The notes under the pieces: model-generated
The model's input: the letters and a program-made list of their open reading frames with translations, nothing else
Database searches by the model: none
What the model was told of the DNA's origin: nothing
Origin: Macrostomum lignano
Lineage: Eukaryota
Reading direction: 5' to 3'
Length of the DNA: 48,235 bases
Assembly: GCA_002269645.1 (NCBI GenBank)
Contig: NIVC01003186.1
Coordinates: 1-48,235, forward strand
Made by a program: the position numbers and the translations under genes
In this document: positions 36,042-48,235 of the stretch, in pieces
How the letters are laid out: every line of letters begins with the position of its first letter
Position numbering within the stretch: position 1 is the first letter of the stretch

Positions 36042-39000
36042 TCAGCCGGTTAGAAAGGACAAACGGGTCAGCTTCCCGTATCCTGCGGCCAGCGCCATCA
36101 CCAGGCAGCTGGTTAGTAGTGCGGCGGAGACTGTGAGAGCAGAGGCGGTGTTGTAGTCGATGCAGTATGGGCACTGGAAGCTGCCGCACACCTTGCAGAT
36201 GTCGCTGCTATGCAGCGAGCGGGCGCTGTAGAACGAGAAGTTCCTGTTGTCTGCGGGTGGCGGGTTGTTAGGGAATGGGCTCGATTTTCAGTAAGGAGTA
36301 CATAAATTTCTGGTTGATTAAGTTTTCTACGCAACATATCGGTGACAATACAAACCTTTATTTAGCATCATTTATCTCATTTGATTCGATACAAATGTTC
36401 CATACCTAGTTTCCCCTCAAAATTCCCCTCTGATTCTCTTGAAATTATCCTCGATTCTCTTGAAATTATCCTCTGATTCTTTTGCTATACCCCTCTGATT
36501 CTCTTGCAATTCCCCTTTGGTTCTCTTGCAATTCCCCTCTGATTCTCTTGAAATACCCCTCTGATTCTCTTGCAATTCCCCTTTGATTCTCTTGCAATTA
36601 CCCTCTGATTTTCTTTCAATACCTCTCTGATTCTCTTGCAATACTCCTCTGATTCTCTTGGAATTAGAATCTGATTCTCTTAAGATTCCCTTCCGATTCT
36701 CTTGGGAATTCCCCTCTGATTATCTTGTAAATCCCCCTGATTCTCTTGCAATTCCCCTTTGATTCTCTTGAAATTATCCTCTGATTCTCTTGTAATTCCC
36801 CTCTGATTTCCTGCAATCCCTATCTGATTCTCATGGAAACTCCCCTCTGACAATCCTCCCACAATTCCCACAATCACTCCGGACCCTCACCAAATTCAAA
36901 GTACTCATAGACGTTGCATGGCTGCTCAACAGTGGTGTTGGCGACTGGGTACCACCTCGGTATGGGGATGGTGACGCAGGTTGGCTGCACGGAAGTGAAC
37001 TGGAATGAAAATCAGAACAATAATTGCAATGTACTTTAGTCATGTACAGAGCAAAGGGCAGACCGTTGTCGTGCGGTTCACAGCCCACAGAGTGCACATG
37101 CCTGATGATTAGACAATCAGGGCACACCCTGGCGCCATTGTGTCCACAGCCCTACAGCAGCCCGCAACTGCGCACTCACGTTGGTGAAGAAGACATTGAG
37201 GTACTGCCCGACCATCCAGATGTGCCGCAGGCCGCGAACATTGCTAGTTTGCACAAAATTGCGCATATCATAATTAGTAACCAGGTAGCCGGATGGCACG
37301 GTGAACTGCAGCAGCGCCATGCCGCTGGTCTCCGATCTGGCCGTCCAAGTCCATCTGGAATGGAGAAATTCGTTAAACATTATTTAATTATAATAGATGA
37401 ATAATGTCATGTGAGAAATCTTAGATTGACAGGCAATGGTGTGTCAGCGAGTGGGGTCCTGCTCAGCGGTTTCTAAGAACACTAGTTAAACATACTCTAG
37501 AATGTGCACTAGTTAAATACGGGTATCTATGTGCATTAATTAAACATGCATTACAATGAGCATCAGGTAAACTAAACATACATTACAATGTACATTAGTT
37601 AAACATACATTGCAGTGTACACTAGTTAAGCATACATTACAGTGTACACTAGTTAAACATACACTACAGTGTACATTGGTTAACATACACTACAATGTAA
37701 ATTAGTTAAATATACATTACAATGTACACTAGTTAAACATACTCTAAAATGTACATAGGGTAAACATAAACTACAATGTACATTACTTCAACATACATTA
37801 CAGTGTACATTACTTCAACATACATTATTACAGAGTACATAGGGTAAACATACACTACAGTGTACATTGGTTAAACATACACTACAGTGTACATTGGTTA
37901 AACATACACTACAGTGTACATTGGTTAAACATACATTACAGTGTACATTGGTTAAACATACACTACAGTGTACATTGGTTAAACATACACTACAGTGTAC
38001 ATTGGTTAAACATACATTACAGTGTACATTGGTTAAACATACACTACAGTGTACATTGGTTAAACATACACTACAGTGTACATTGGTTAAACATACACTA
38101 CAGTGTACATTGGTTAAACATACACTACAGTGTACATTGGTTAAACATACACTACAGCGTACATTGGTTAAACATACACTACAGTGTACATTGGTTAAGC
38201 ATACACTACAGTGTACATTGGTTAACATACACTACAGTGTACACAGGCCAGAGTACACCGTCTCGGCTCACCTGGCGCACGCAGTCATGTGCATCATACT
38301 GCTATTCCGGCCGCTGAATGTCGGCACGCAGCTGAGCTCGAAGGTCTGGAACGGCGTGTTCGGCTTGTTGGGATCGATGGCATTCTTCACTAGGAACTCC
38401 TGCTCGACGCTTTTCGTGGTGAACATGTGCAGCACGGCGCGGCCGCTGCCTGTAGCTCGGATCATCACCTCGCCCCAGGTGTTGTCGTTGTCCAAGTAGA
38501 AAGTTCGCGGAATGCTCAGATTGTTGCCGTCCAGCCTGAGACTGCTGGATTTGCTCGTGTCGGAGGTCGGGTTGATGTCCACCTGCAGGGAGTAGATGAC
38601 TCGGTTGAAGTCCAACTGGGCGACCTCGCGAAGTGCCCTGACAGCGAACAGCGTGTCCTGCGTGGAGATCCAGCCCTGGGGAGCGTTCTTCGTCTCCGTG
38701 ATGAAGTTGATGACCTTGGTGATGTTGCTCTTCAGCTCTGGCTTGGAGCTCACGGATTTGAACATGGCGAGCATGGCGAACGAGGAAGCCTGCAGGGAAG
38801 GCATTGATAAACTCACCGTGTTAAACTCACCGTATTGATTGCTTTTAACTAACTGGGAATTCCGAAATCTCACGGGAAATCCAAAAATCTCAAGGGGAAT
38901 CACAAGATCTCACAGGAAGCCTCAAAATCTTATAGGGATTCTCAAAATCTCAGGAATCCCAAAATCAATGCAACATCTATAGAAATGAAATATTTTAATA

Positions 39001-42000
39001 TTTAACAGAAACTCGAACACGAAATTAAACAACCTCAAAAATCTCAAAGAAACCTTAACCGAGAAGCCTCACCGGTAACCCCCACCCGGGGAAGCCTCAC
39101 CGGTAACCCCCACCCGGGGAAGCCTTACCGGTAACCCCCACCAGGGGAAGCCTCACCGGTAACCCCCACCCGGGGAAGCCTCACCGGTACCCCAACCGGG
39201 GAAGCCTCACCCTCACCGGTACTCCAACCGGGCAAGCCTCACCGGAACCCCAACCGGGGAAGCCTCACCGGTACCCCAACCGGGGAAGCCTCACGCTCAC
39301 CGGTACTCCAACCGGGGAAGCCTCACCGGAACCCCAACCGGGGAAGCCTCACCGTTAGCCCCCACCCAGGGGAAGGTCACCGGAAACCCCAACCGGGGAA
39401 GCCTCACCCTCACCGGTACTCCAACCGGGGAAGCCTCACCGGAACCCCAACCGGGGAAGCCTCACCGGTACCCCAACCGGGGAAGCCTCACCCTCACCGG
39501 TACTCCAACCGGGGAAGCCTCACCGGAAACCCAACCGGGGAAGCCTCACCGGTACCCCAACCGGGGAAGCCTCACCCTCACCGGTACCCCAACCGGGGAA
39601 GCCTCACCGGAACCCCAACCGGGGAAGCCTCACCGTTAGCCCCACCCAGGGGAAGGTCACCGGAAACCCCAACACGGGGAAGCCTCACCGGTACCCCAAC
39701 CGGGGAAGCCTCACCCTCATCGGCAACCCCAACCGGGGAAGCCTCACCGGAAACCCTACCCCAGGAAGCGAACCCCCAGCCGCCTAATTGAAGCCCGCTC
39801 ACCTGCACAGCATAAGCATCGTTGGGCCACTCAATCCTGGCCTTGATGATCACTTTTCCAGCTGAATCTGGCTCCCGGATCAGCGGCTTGACCCGTCTGT
39901 TGGCCCAATAGAGATAGTTGTCATCCCTGGCAATGCTCATCAGCAGGTTCATAGCCGTGCTCTTATCCGAGGAGGAGGAGTCGAAGGTGAGCGCGTAGGC
40001 GGTCATGGCCAGACTGAGGGCGTCCTCCGTCATTTTGCTCAGGTGCCGCTTCAGGTACTGAATGGCCGCGGTGGAGACCCGGCTGGCATGCGAGCCCAGA
40101 CTCATGGGGATGCTCGGGTGCCTGGTTGCGATCACCGCCAGAGCTGTGATGGGGACGCGGCGCAGGTAGACATTGTTAGCCGGGTTCACCGACTTGTCCT
40201 TGATGTAGACATTAAAGTACTTCATGTCCCATTGGATATCGTCTGTGAAAGAGCCGGCCAGGCTGGGGTCCACAGCTCCAGTGTCCTGGGTGGCATTCAA
40301 GTACAGGATGAACTTCTGGAACAGGTCAGCGTTGATGGCGGTGACTCGGTCCCACTGCGAGAAGGAGGTCTCCGCCAGGGTGAACAGGCCGAACGCTGTC
40401 AAGAAAGTGCTTGTCTCCGTGTTGAACCGTTCGGGAAAGTTGGCCATGCCGCCAGTGACAGGGTTGATGTAGAATGAGAGTCTGGACAGCTGCGAGTTTA
40501 CGTACTCGAGAGCCGAGTTCAGAGTTGCCGCCTCCAGCTGCTTGGTCATGCGCAGGTAGTGCAGCATCTGCACGTTCCAGTTGATGTTGAACAGGACGCT
40601 CTCGCCGGACCCGATGGGCCGCCAGACGGTGCTGGCCGCGTCTCCGTAGGGCATCTCGTTGCCGAGGGACGGGCCGACAATGTCTCCGACCACACTGATC
40701 TTGGTGTACTTGGAGCCGGGCACGAAACGGCGCCAACGGCGCTCCGGCTCTACGAAGGCCTGCTCAGGCGTGATGAAGAAGTTCTGGGCGAGCAGCTCGG
40801 AGTTGGAGACCAGGTCGAGCAGGATGGGAGTGCTGTAGTTGTTGGGGGCGCCGTTGATCTGCGGGGGACATTGGAGGGCACCGTTTACTGAATTGGTTGA
40901 CTACTATTGATAGAAGGTACAGATACTGTAGCTGTGTACGCTCGTACACAGACTACTCATGATTTTACAGATACAGGTAATGTACCCGCGTACACAGACC
41001 ACTGTTGATTGTACAGATACAGACACTGTACCTGCGTACAGACTACTCATGATTGTACCTACAGATAGTGTACCAGTGTACAAAAAGTGCACTTTGATGC
41101 AGAGACAACAAGCCAGACTCACAATGACGGGCACATTAACGGTGGAACACTCTCCGCCATTGAACGAGTAGGCGCAGAAGGTGATGGTGGTATTTCCGGT
41201 GTTCCTGGGCAGCACAGGGAAGTACAGCATCCGGTGACCACCAGCGGGCAGGAAGACCACCGTGTGCACGTTCTCGTTGCTGGCCAACTCTGGGGCATAA
41301 CTGTTCACCTGGCCTCGGTAGCCCACCTTGATGAAGTCGTACTCGGTACTTTTCTTCAGCTCGATAATCACCTGGAGTTCGATTGTTTGGCGGAAGCTTA
41401 AGCCTTAAGATACGGTGACTATGGAGCTTTTCTTTCTATCTTTCAGATCCCCTATGCACCCAAGGATCCCTAACAGCACGGATCCCATGTTTCCCCAAGG
41501 ATCCCTAACAACCCGGATCACAAATATCCCCAAGGATCCCTACCAACCCGGATCACAAATATCCCCAAGGATCCCTAACAACCCGGATCACAAATATCCC
41601 CAAGGATCCCTAACAACCCGGATCCTATATATCCCCAAGGATCCCTAACAACCTAGATTTCTAACAACCCGGATCCCATATTTCTCCAAGGATCCCTAAC
41701 AACCCGGATCACAAATATCCCTAAGGATCCCTGACAGCATGGATCCCATATTTCCCCAAGGATCCCTGACAGCATGGATCCCATATTTCCCCAAGGATCC
41801 CTAACAACCCGGATCCCATATTTCTCCAAGGATCCCTAACAACCCGGATCCCATATTTCTCCAAGGATCCCTAACAACCCGGATCGCATATTTCTCCAAG
41901 GATCCCTAACAACCCGGATCCCAAATATCCCCAAGGATCCCTAACAACCCGGATCCCAAATATCCCCAAGAATCCCTAACAACCCGGATCGCATATTTCC

Positions 42001-45000
42001 CCAAGAATCCCTAACAACCCGGATCCTATATATCCCCAAGGATCCCTAACAACCCCGATCCCAAATATCCCCAAGGATCCCTAACAACCCGGATCCCATA
42101 CTTCTCCAAGGATCCCTAACAACCCGGATCCCAAATATCCCCAAGGATCCCTAACAACCCGGATCCCAAATCCCCAGACCCAGCACCAGCCCAGGGCAGC
42201 TTACCTCAGTCCAGTAGTCGAACCTGTTGAACACGGCCACCCGAACTCCAATCTGCTCTCCCCAATAGGCGTACGGCGGCGCTTCCAGCACCATGTAGAA
42301 CCGTCGGGTGGAAGTGAACCTGGTCGGCACGCTCTGCACCTGAACGCCGCGCTCGCCATCGATGGCGATGGCGCCGACCACCCAGGAGGTCTCCAGCTTC
42401 GGCGTCACCGCCGGATTGAACGGAACTCGGCCGTTCATGTTGGCTCTGGAACGGGTGCAGCAAGGCGGAGCCGTGTCTACTGGGACTGTCTACCGTGTCT
42501 ATTGGGACTGTCTACCGTGTCTACTGGGACTGTCTACCGTGTGTACTGGGACTGTCTACCGTGTGTACCGGGACTGTCTACCAGTGTCTACTGGGACTGT
42601 CTACCGTGTGTGTCTACTGGGACTGTGTCTCTCTACAAATAGGTCTACTCTATCTACAGACAATGTCCTGGCTCTCACTTCATATAGACATCCTGCCAAA
42701 GCCACAGATCGTCATATATAAAGTGCCGATATTCGAATTTGAATTTCGGCTCAACGTAGCCGGGCGCGCTAGTCAAGTTGACCCGATCGCAGTTCATCTC
42801 GTCCACCCCGGTGTTGCAGTCCAACTTGCCGTCGCATATGTGCCGATAGCCGTAGCACTCGTCCGGTGAGCCCGCGTAGCACGGGAAAGCTCGGTCTGGG
42901 TTCAGCGTCTCGTTGCAGGTGTCTGTACAGGTGATAATGATTAGATGAAGTATACCATGTACTTTTCAATGGTTAAAAGTACACCAATTACTAAAGTACA
43001 CCAAGTACTTTTCAATGGTAAAAAGTACACCAAGTACTTTTAATGGTTAAAAGTACACTAACTACTTTTTAATGGTTAAAGGTACACCAAGTACTTTTCA
43101 ATATTTAAAAGTACTTTTAAAAGTCTACAAGTGTACCATGTACTTTTCAATGTTTAAAAGTACACAATGTACTTTTAATCTGGGGTTATTAAAAAACTTA
43201 CGCCAGAAGGTGACCTTAGTGTAGTTGGAGTCCGTGAACATGATCATGCCGGAGTAGTTCATAGTCTTGTTCGCATCAGGGCCGTAGGTGGGGCTGGGGA
43301 AGTACTGCAACTGCGGCATGTCTGAGGTGTCATCAAACCAAGCGAACTGCAGGGGCTGCTCCGCGTGGGCCTCGTAGGACATCTGCTCCTGCAGCAGCTG
43401 TGGGATGGTACAGCAGGGGCATTGGGATCAGGATTTGACAGGGTTGAGCTTTGAGATTGGGATTTGGGATTTGAGATTGGGAATTTGGGATTTCTCGGGG
43501 ACGGGATTTGGGATTCGGATTTGTGATTAGGTTTGAGACTGGAATTTCGGATTTGAGATTTCGATTAGGGATTCGACAGTGTTGGGATTTGGAAATTTCA
43601 AAAGATTCGATGGGATGATAAAAAATGTAGACAGGGATCTCGGGATTTGGATTTAATAATGGGATCAAAGATTGGGATCTGAGAATTGGAATAATGATTT
43701 AAAGGCACAGGTATTATCGATTCTCGGGATTCCATACTCACCGTGTAGGGCTCCAGGATGACCTTGTTGCCATACCGCAGGTACAGGTCGTACGGGATGG
43801 CCGACAGCAGGACAAACGAGCCAACATTGGCGCCGGTGATCCAGCCCGTGACAGATTTACCTGTGAGATCCGAGCCCTGAGTCACCTGCAGATCCACTGA
43901 GTTGATGCTGAGCACGTCGACAAAGAAGGACATGGAGTCCGTGACCAGCTCGCCGTCCTGCTTCATGAAGTAGGCCACGATCCGCGCGATGGGCGCTATC
44001 TCTCGGGACAGGGCGATGGAGAAGGTGCGAGACTGGACGCCAGCCGGCATGAACAGGATGTCGCTGTGCAGAATGTTGCCGCCGCCAAGGATTATGTAAT
44101 AGATTCTGTCCGAGTAGTAGTTAGTCTTGATGTTGAACACCATGTACCGGTCCACCGTGGGTTTCACTGTTGAGGTTGTCACCTGCATGTAGGCACCGGA
44201 TGGAGAGTAGTGCCTGAACAGGAATTGCTCAGCTGTGCGGACATCCTTTGAAGTTGTGGACGAGAGCAGCACCGCGTACAGGCGGTAGCTCAGGCAGTTC
44301 ATGGATGTCTCGATGGGGTAGCGGACGACGGAGTCGTCGGGAATGGGGATCGACGCGTCTGTCTTTACCCGCTTGCTGCGGTCGCAGTAGACCTCCAGGG
44401 TGAGCTTCCGGTAGCGGAAGTCCGGCTTCCGGCCGTCTGGTTGAAAAACCCACAGCTGGGAAATTGTTTTGGGGGTGGATTTGGGATATTTTGATGCATT
44501 GTGAGATCGGGATTCGGGATCACCTACAGTCTGGGATTCGGGATCATCTACAGTTTGGGTTTCGGAATCATCTACAGTTTGGGATTCGGGATCATCTACA
44601 GTTTGGGATTCGGGATCATCTACAGTTTGGGATTCGGGATCATCTACAGTTTGGGATTCGGGATCATCTACAGTTTGGGATTCGGGATCATCTACAGTTT
44701 GGGATTCGGGATCATCTACAGTTTGGGATTCGGGATCATCTACAGTTTGGGTTTCGGGATCATCTACAGTTTGGGATTCGGGATCATCTACAGTTTGGGA
44801 TTCGGGATCATCTACAGTTTGGGATTCGGGATCATCTACAGTTTGGGATTCGGGATCATCTACAGTTTGGGATTCGGGGTCATCTACAGTTTGGGATTCG
44901 GGATCATCTACAGTTTGGGATTCGGGGTCATCTACAGTTTGGGATTCGGGATCATCTACAGTTGGGGATTCGGGATCGCACTCTCACCAGGGCGGTGAAG

Positions 45001-48000
45001 GGGAATCCCGGCTTGAACTGGCGCACGTATCCGCCAAGAAACTTGACCTCCGGGATCTCGCGGAAGATCACTGTGTAGGCATAGCTGGTCTGGTTCACCA
45101 GAAAGTACCAATCGTACACGAAGGCGTCTGCGCGGACCTCCAGATTGGAGGGCCGGTCGGACAGCTTGAGGCTGCTCGAGATCTCCGACATGGTGAATAG
45201 AAAGTCGGAGCGCCCGTAGAACTGCGTGCGATTGGGAATTTTTTATTGATTTTTGCCAAATGGCGGCTCACTTCCGGGTGTCACCCGGAAACTGAGTCTT
45301 ACGCTATTAGTATTTGTGACTTACCTTTCGAGCAATCTGTTTTACAAAAATTAATTGAAAATCTACCATAAGAATCTCCAAAATAATTACCCTAGATATC
45401 TCACCAGAGATTCTCATAAAAAATCTCACAAATGATATCCTAACCGAAGCATCCAATTCTAGAGATCCGACCAGAAGAATCTCAAGCATGAGATCACACC
45501 GGAAGAATTTCACCCATGAGATCCCATCGGAAGAATCTCACTAATGAAATGATGAGATCACTGATGAGATCCCACCGGAAGAATTTCACCCATGAGATCC
45601 CACCGGAAGAATCTCACTAATGAAATGATGAGATCACTGATGAGATCCCACCGGAAGAATTTCACCCATGAGATCCCATCGGAAGAATCTCACTAATGAA
45701 ATGATGAGATCACTGATGAGATCCCACCGGAAGAATTTCACCCATGAGATCCCACCGGAAGAATCTCACTAATGAAATGATGAGATCACTGATGAGATCC
45801 CACCGGAAGAATCTCACCAATGAGATCCCACCGGAAGAATCTCATGAGATCCCACCTAAGAATCTCACCCATGAGATCCCACCAAAAGAATCTCACCCAT
45901 GAGATCCCACCGGAGACTGGCAACTCACATAGGGAATATCCTTCCACATCACCCCGATAGGCGGCGAGTTCTCGGCGGCGCCCCGCTGCCGGAACTCTAG
46001 CCGGATGGAGGCGTTGCCAAACACTGGCGCATTGGTGGTGTGGTTGGCCTCCAGGATGCCGTAGACACCGAAGGCGAACTCCGACAGCCGCTGCGGCATG
46101 GTGATGTTCACCGAGATCATGCTGGTGATGGTGTTGAAGAACACCAAGAAGCTCCGCTCGGTGACGAAGGCCTCCCTGGTGCAGCGAACCTTCCAGCTGC
46201 CGTGGTTGCTGGTGTCCGCCAGCTGGTAGCTCAACTCGATGAAGCCTTTGGCATTGTTCCTGGGTGATAGCCAGCGCCTAACGGAGACGTTCTTCGAGTC
46301 GACCACCTCGATGGAGGTGAAGACGCGATTCTTCACCATCAGGTTGGACTCGTAGGGGAAGACGCGGAAACGGACAATGTCTCCCATAGCGTAGATGGGC
46401 TTGGAGAACTGGATGAAGGCTGAGAATAGTCTGGGCTCGTAGATGATCTCCGTTCGGTTGTAGAATACCAGGCCGCCCAGAGTCTTCACTGAGCCTTCCA
46501 CGTGGATGTTGTAGGTTCCAGTTGGCGTGTTCTCCGGGATCTGGCGGTTTGCAACGGCAGCGGGTACTGTTTGGTTGGTTGATTGTTGCTTTCGGAAGCA
46601 GAAAGTATTGCGGGTCAATGGTAACTAGGGTAGCGGCTGCCCACTGAAGGACCCGTGGATGGCGGCGGCCCACCGAAAGACCCGTGGATGGCGGCAGCCC
46701 ACTGAAGGACCCGTGGGTGGTAGCGGCCCATTGAAGGACCCGAGGCTGGCAGCGGCCCATTGAAGGACCGCGAGGATGGCAGCGGCCCATTGAAGGACCC
46801 GTGGGTGGCGACGGCCCATTGAAGGACCCGCGATTGCAGCGGACCATTGAAGGACCCGTGGGTGGTAGCGGCCCACTGAAGGACCCGTGGGTGGCGACGG
46901 CCCATTGAAGGACCCGAGGATGGCAGCGGCCCATTGAAGGACCCGTGGGTGGCGACGGCCCATTGAAGGACCCGCGATTGCAGCGGACCATTGAAGGACC
47001 CGTGGGTGGTAGCGGCCCACTGAAGGACCCGTGGGTGGCGACGGCCCATTGAAGGACCCGAGGATGGCAGCGGCCCATTGAAGGACCCGTGGGTGGCGAC
47101 GGCCCATTGAAGGACCCGCGATTGCAGCGGACCATTGAAGGACCCGTGGGTGGTAGCGGCCCACTGAAGGACCCGTGGGTGGCGACGGCCCATTGAAGGA
47201 CCCGTGGGTGGCGACGGCCCATTGAAGGACCGTGATTGCAGCGGCCCACTGAAGGACCCGTGGGTGGCGACGGCCCATTGAAGGACCGTGATTGCAGCGG
47301 CCCATTGAAGGACCCGTGGGTGGCGACGGCCATTGAAGGACCCGTGATTGCAGCGGCCCACTGAAGGACCCGTGGGTGGCGACGGCCCATTGAAGGACCG
47401 TGATTGCAGCGGCCCACTGAAGGACCCGTGGGTGGCGACGGCCCATTGAAGGACCGTGATTGCAGCGGCCCACTGAAGGACCCGTGGGTGGCGGCGCCGC
47501 AGCCGAAAAACAGCTGTCACTTTTTCTAACTTTTTTCCATCACTCCGAATCCGGAAAAGGTGGCTGAGCGGTAAGAGTACACTCGGCTGATAGCTGGGAC
47601 ACGTGCCAACAAGAATCGGGGCCATTGGATTCAGTCGGGTCAACGGCTCGGCTAGGAGGGGTCACTTCCGGTTCTTCCGGGTCGAAGTATCACAGTGCCA
47701 GAAAAGGTCAAACAGCTGGGGCTTTAAAGGTCATACCCTGACGCGAATCAGGCGCGAAGCAGCTCGAGTGAATGTCTCTTCAGCGAAGGCGTACTCGGTC
47801 TCGGCTACGCCGGAGCCGGGCTCGTTCAGTCGACGCACCGACACGCGAAACGTGAGACTGTCGTAGAGCATTCGGAACACGTGGCGCTGACCCGAAACTC
47901 CTGCTCAGGTCGGATCTTTCTAGGCACCAGCACTAAATAGGTCCTGCCGAGTTGATAATATAGTAAATTAGTGAACAGGTATGGTCGATAAACAATTAGT

Positions 48001-48199
48001 TAAAGTTATAACTGATAAGATAAGAGCCGCCCACCCAACTGCACACGAGCCCTTATCTCCCTTAATAATTTCTTACGGAGTCGGCGGCAATTCCATACTG
48101 GTAGCCGGGACCGGCCTGCTGTCCCCCGGCGCCGGCCAGGAGGCAGCAGAATATTGTCGATAACAGCAGCAGCGGAACGTCGAAGGATGCCGCGGCCAT
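36042..48199 (-). CDS. Mcr: Macroglobulin complement-related protein (Mcr/TEP6-type thioester-protein family member, alpha-2-macroglobulin/CD109 superfamily), ~1620 aa, 14 exons
   Basis: Exons (minus): 48199-48099, 47943-47737, 46540-45929, 45221-44988, 44455-43742, 43397-43202, 42922-42679, 42445-42205, 41371-41123, 40858-39803, 38789-38272, 37354-37180, 36999-36891, 36250-36042. All are GT-AG and phase-consistent except one 1-nt frameshift near 47882. Features: signal peptide, MG-domain motifs (TYLVLVPRKIRP, RFYMVLEAPPYAYWGEQIGVRVAVFN), LDLa module (FPC...ICDGKLDCNTGVDEMNC), thioester position GSGES, STFLTAF, RWYPVAN, ICKVCGSFQCPYC and a hydrophobic C-terminal tail. This set matches the Mcr architecture known from Drosophila. 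Confidence 0.92.
36415..36850. repeat. 22-bp minisatellite (CCTCTGATTCTCTTGCAATTCC)n, Mcr last intron
   Basis: Degenerate tandem copies. Confidence 0.88.
37500..38244. repeat. 27-bp minisatellite (TACACTACAGTGTACATTGGTTAAACA)n, Mcr intron
   Basis: Homogeneous from ~37850 to 38244, degenerate toward 37500. Confidence 0.93.
39061..39765. repeat. ~26-bp minisatellite (CCCCAACCGGGGAAGCCTCACCGGTA)n with CTCACC-duplicated variants, Mcr intron
   Basis: Tandem copies read directly. Confidence 0.92.
41455..42175. repeat. 35-bp minisatellite (CCCCAAGGATCCCTAACAACCCGGATCCCAAATAT)n, Mcr intron
   Basis: Period 35 measured at 41521 and 41556. Confidence 0.93.
42474..42630. repeat. 22-bp minisatellite (GTCTACTGGGACTGTCTACCGT)n, Mcr intron
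   Basis: About 7 tandem copies. Confidence 0.88.
42945..43175. repeat. ~29-bp AT-rich repeat with internal inverted repeat (AAAAGTAC-accaa-GTACTTTT), Mcr intron
   Basis: For example 43021-43041; several degenerate copies. Confidence 0.8.
44510..44977. repeat. 24-bp minisatellite (GGGATTCGGGATCATCTACAGTTT)n, ~20 copies, Mcr intron
   Basis: Tandem copies; explains track ORFs 44464..45078 and 44501..44998. Confidence 0.96.
45490..45912. repeat. 28+48-bp compound (76-bp) repeat based on GAGATCCCACCGGAAGAAT, Mcr intron
   Basis: Alternating short and long units, about 4 compound copies. Confidence 0.88.
46635..47492. repeat. 29-bp minisatellite (GGCCCATTGAAGGACCCGTGGGTGGCGAC)n with a 144-bp 5-mer higher-order period, Mcr intron
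   Basis: The variant GAGGATGGCAG recurs at 46772, 46916 and 47060. Confidence 0.94.
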
Positions 48200-48235
48200 G
48201 GCTTGGAACAGGCAAGAGGGGAGGGAGGGAGTCGC

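Noticed and set aside
40600-40625. Active thioester protein (complement C3, A2M or iTEP)
   Set aside because: The motif is GSGES rather than GCGEQ, and the LDLa module and C-terminal tail indicate Mcr.
38427-46267. Plus-strand ORFs overlapping Mcr exons (e.g. 38427..38807, 40043..40477, 42362..42721, 46040..46267)
   Set aside because: Antisense shadows typical of high-GC3 coding sequence; no domains.
46278-47643. 282-379-aa minus-strand ORFs in the Mcr intron
   Set aside because: Translations of the 29-bp minisatellite.

Overview
Eukaryotic (invertebrate animal) genomic DNA with GC-rich exons and introns filled by tandem repeats. The style suggests a free-living flatworm such as Macrostomum (inference only). 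Four protein-coding loci were reconstructed by hand from GT-AG sites and reading-frame continuity. (1) An orphan ~168-aa ORF on the minus strand (3882-4388). (2) A five-exon HCxxGKDRTG atypical lipid/tyrosine phosphatase gene on the minus strand (5035-18398); its 11-kb intron holds an inverted-repeat-bounded segment with an 8-kb 238-bp satellite. (3) A plus-strand transcription-factor locus in which an exon with two C2H2 zinc fingers can splice in frame, via phase-0 introns, to polyQ exons and a divergent TALE homeodomain (24530-32842). This possible zinc-finger/TALE chimera is the best novelty candidate. (4) A 14-exon, ~1620-aa macroglobulin complement-related (Mcr/TEP6-type) gene on the minus strand (36042-48199) with an LDLa module, a dead thioester motif (GSGES) and one apparent frameshift. 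Most long ORFs in the supplied track are artefacts of minisatellites or antisense shadows. No rRNA, tRNA or CRISPR array was recognised.
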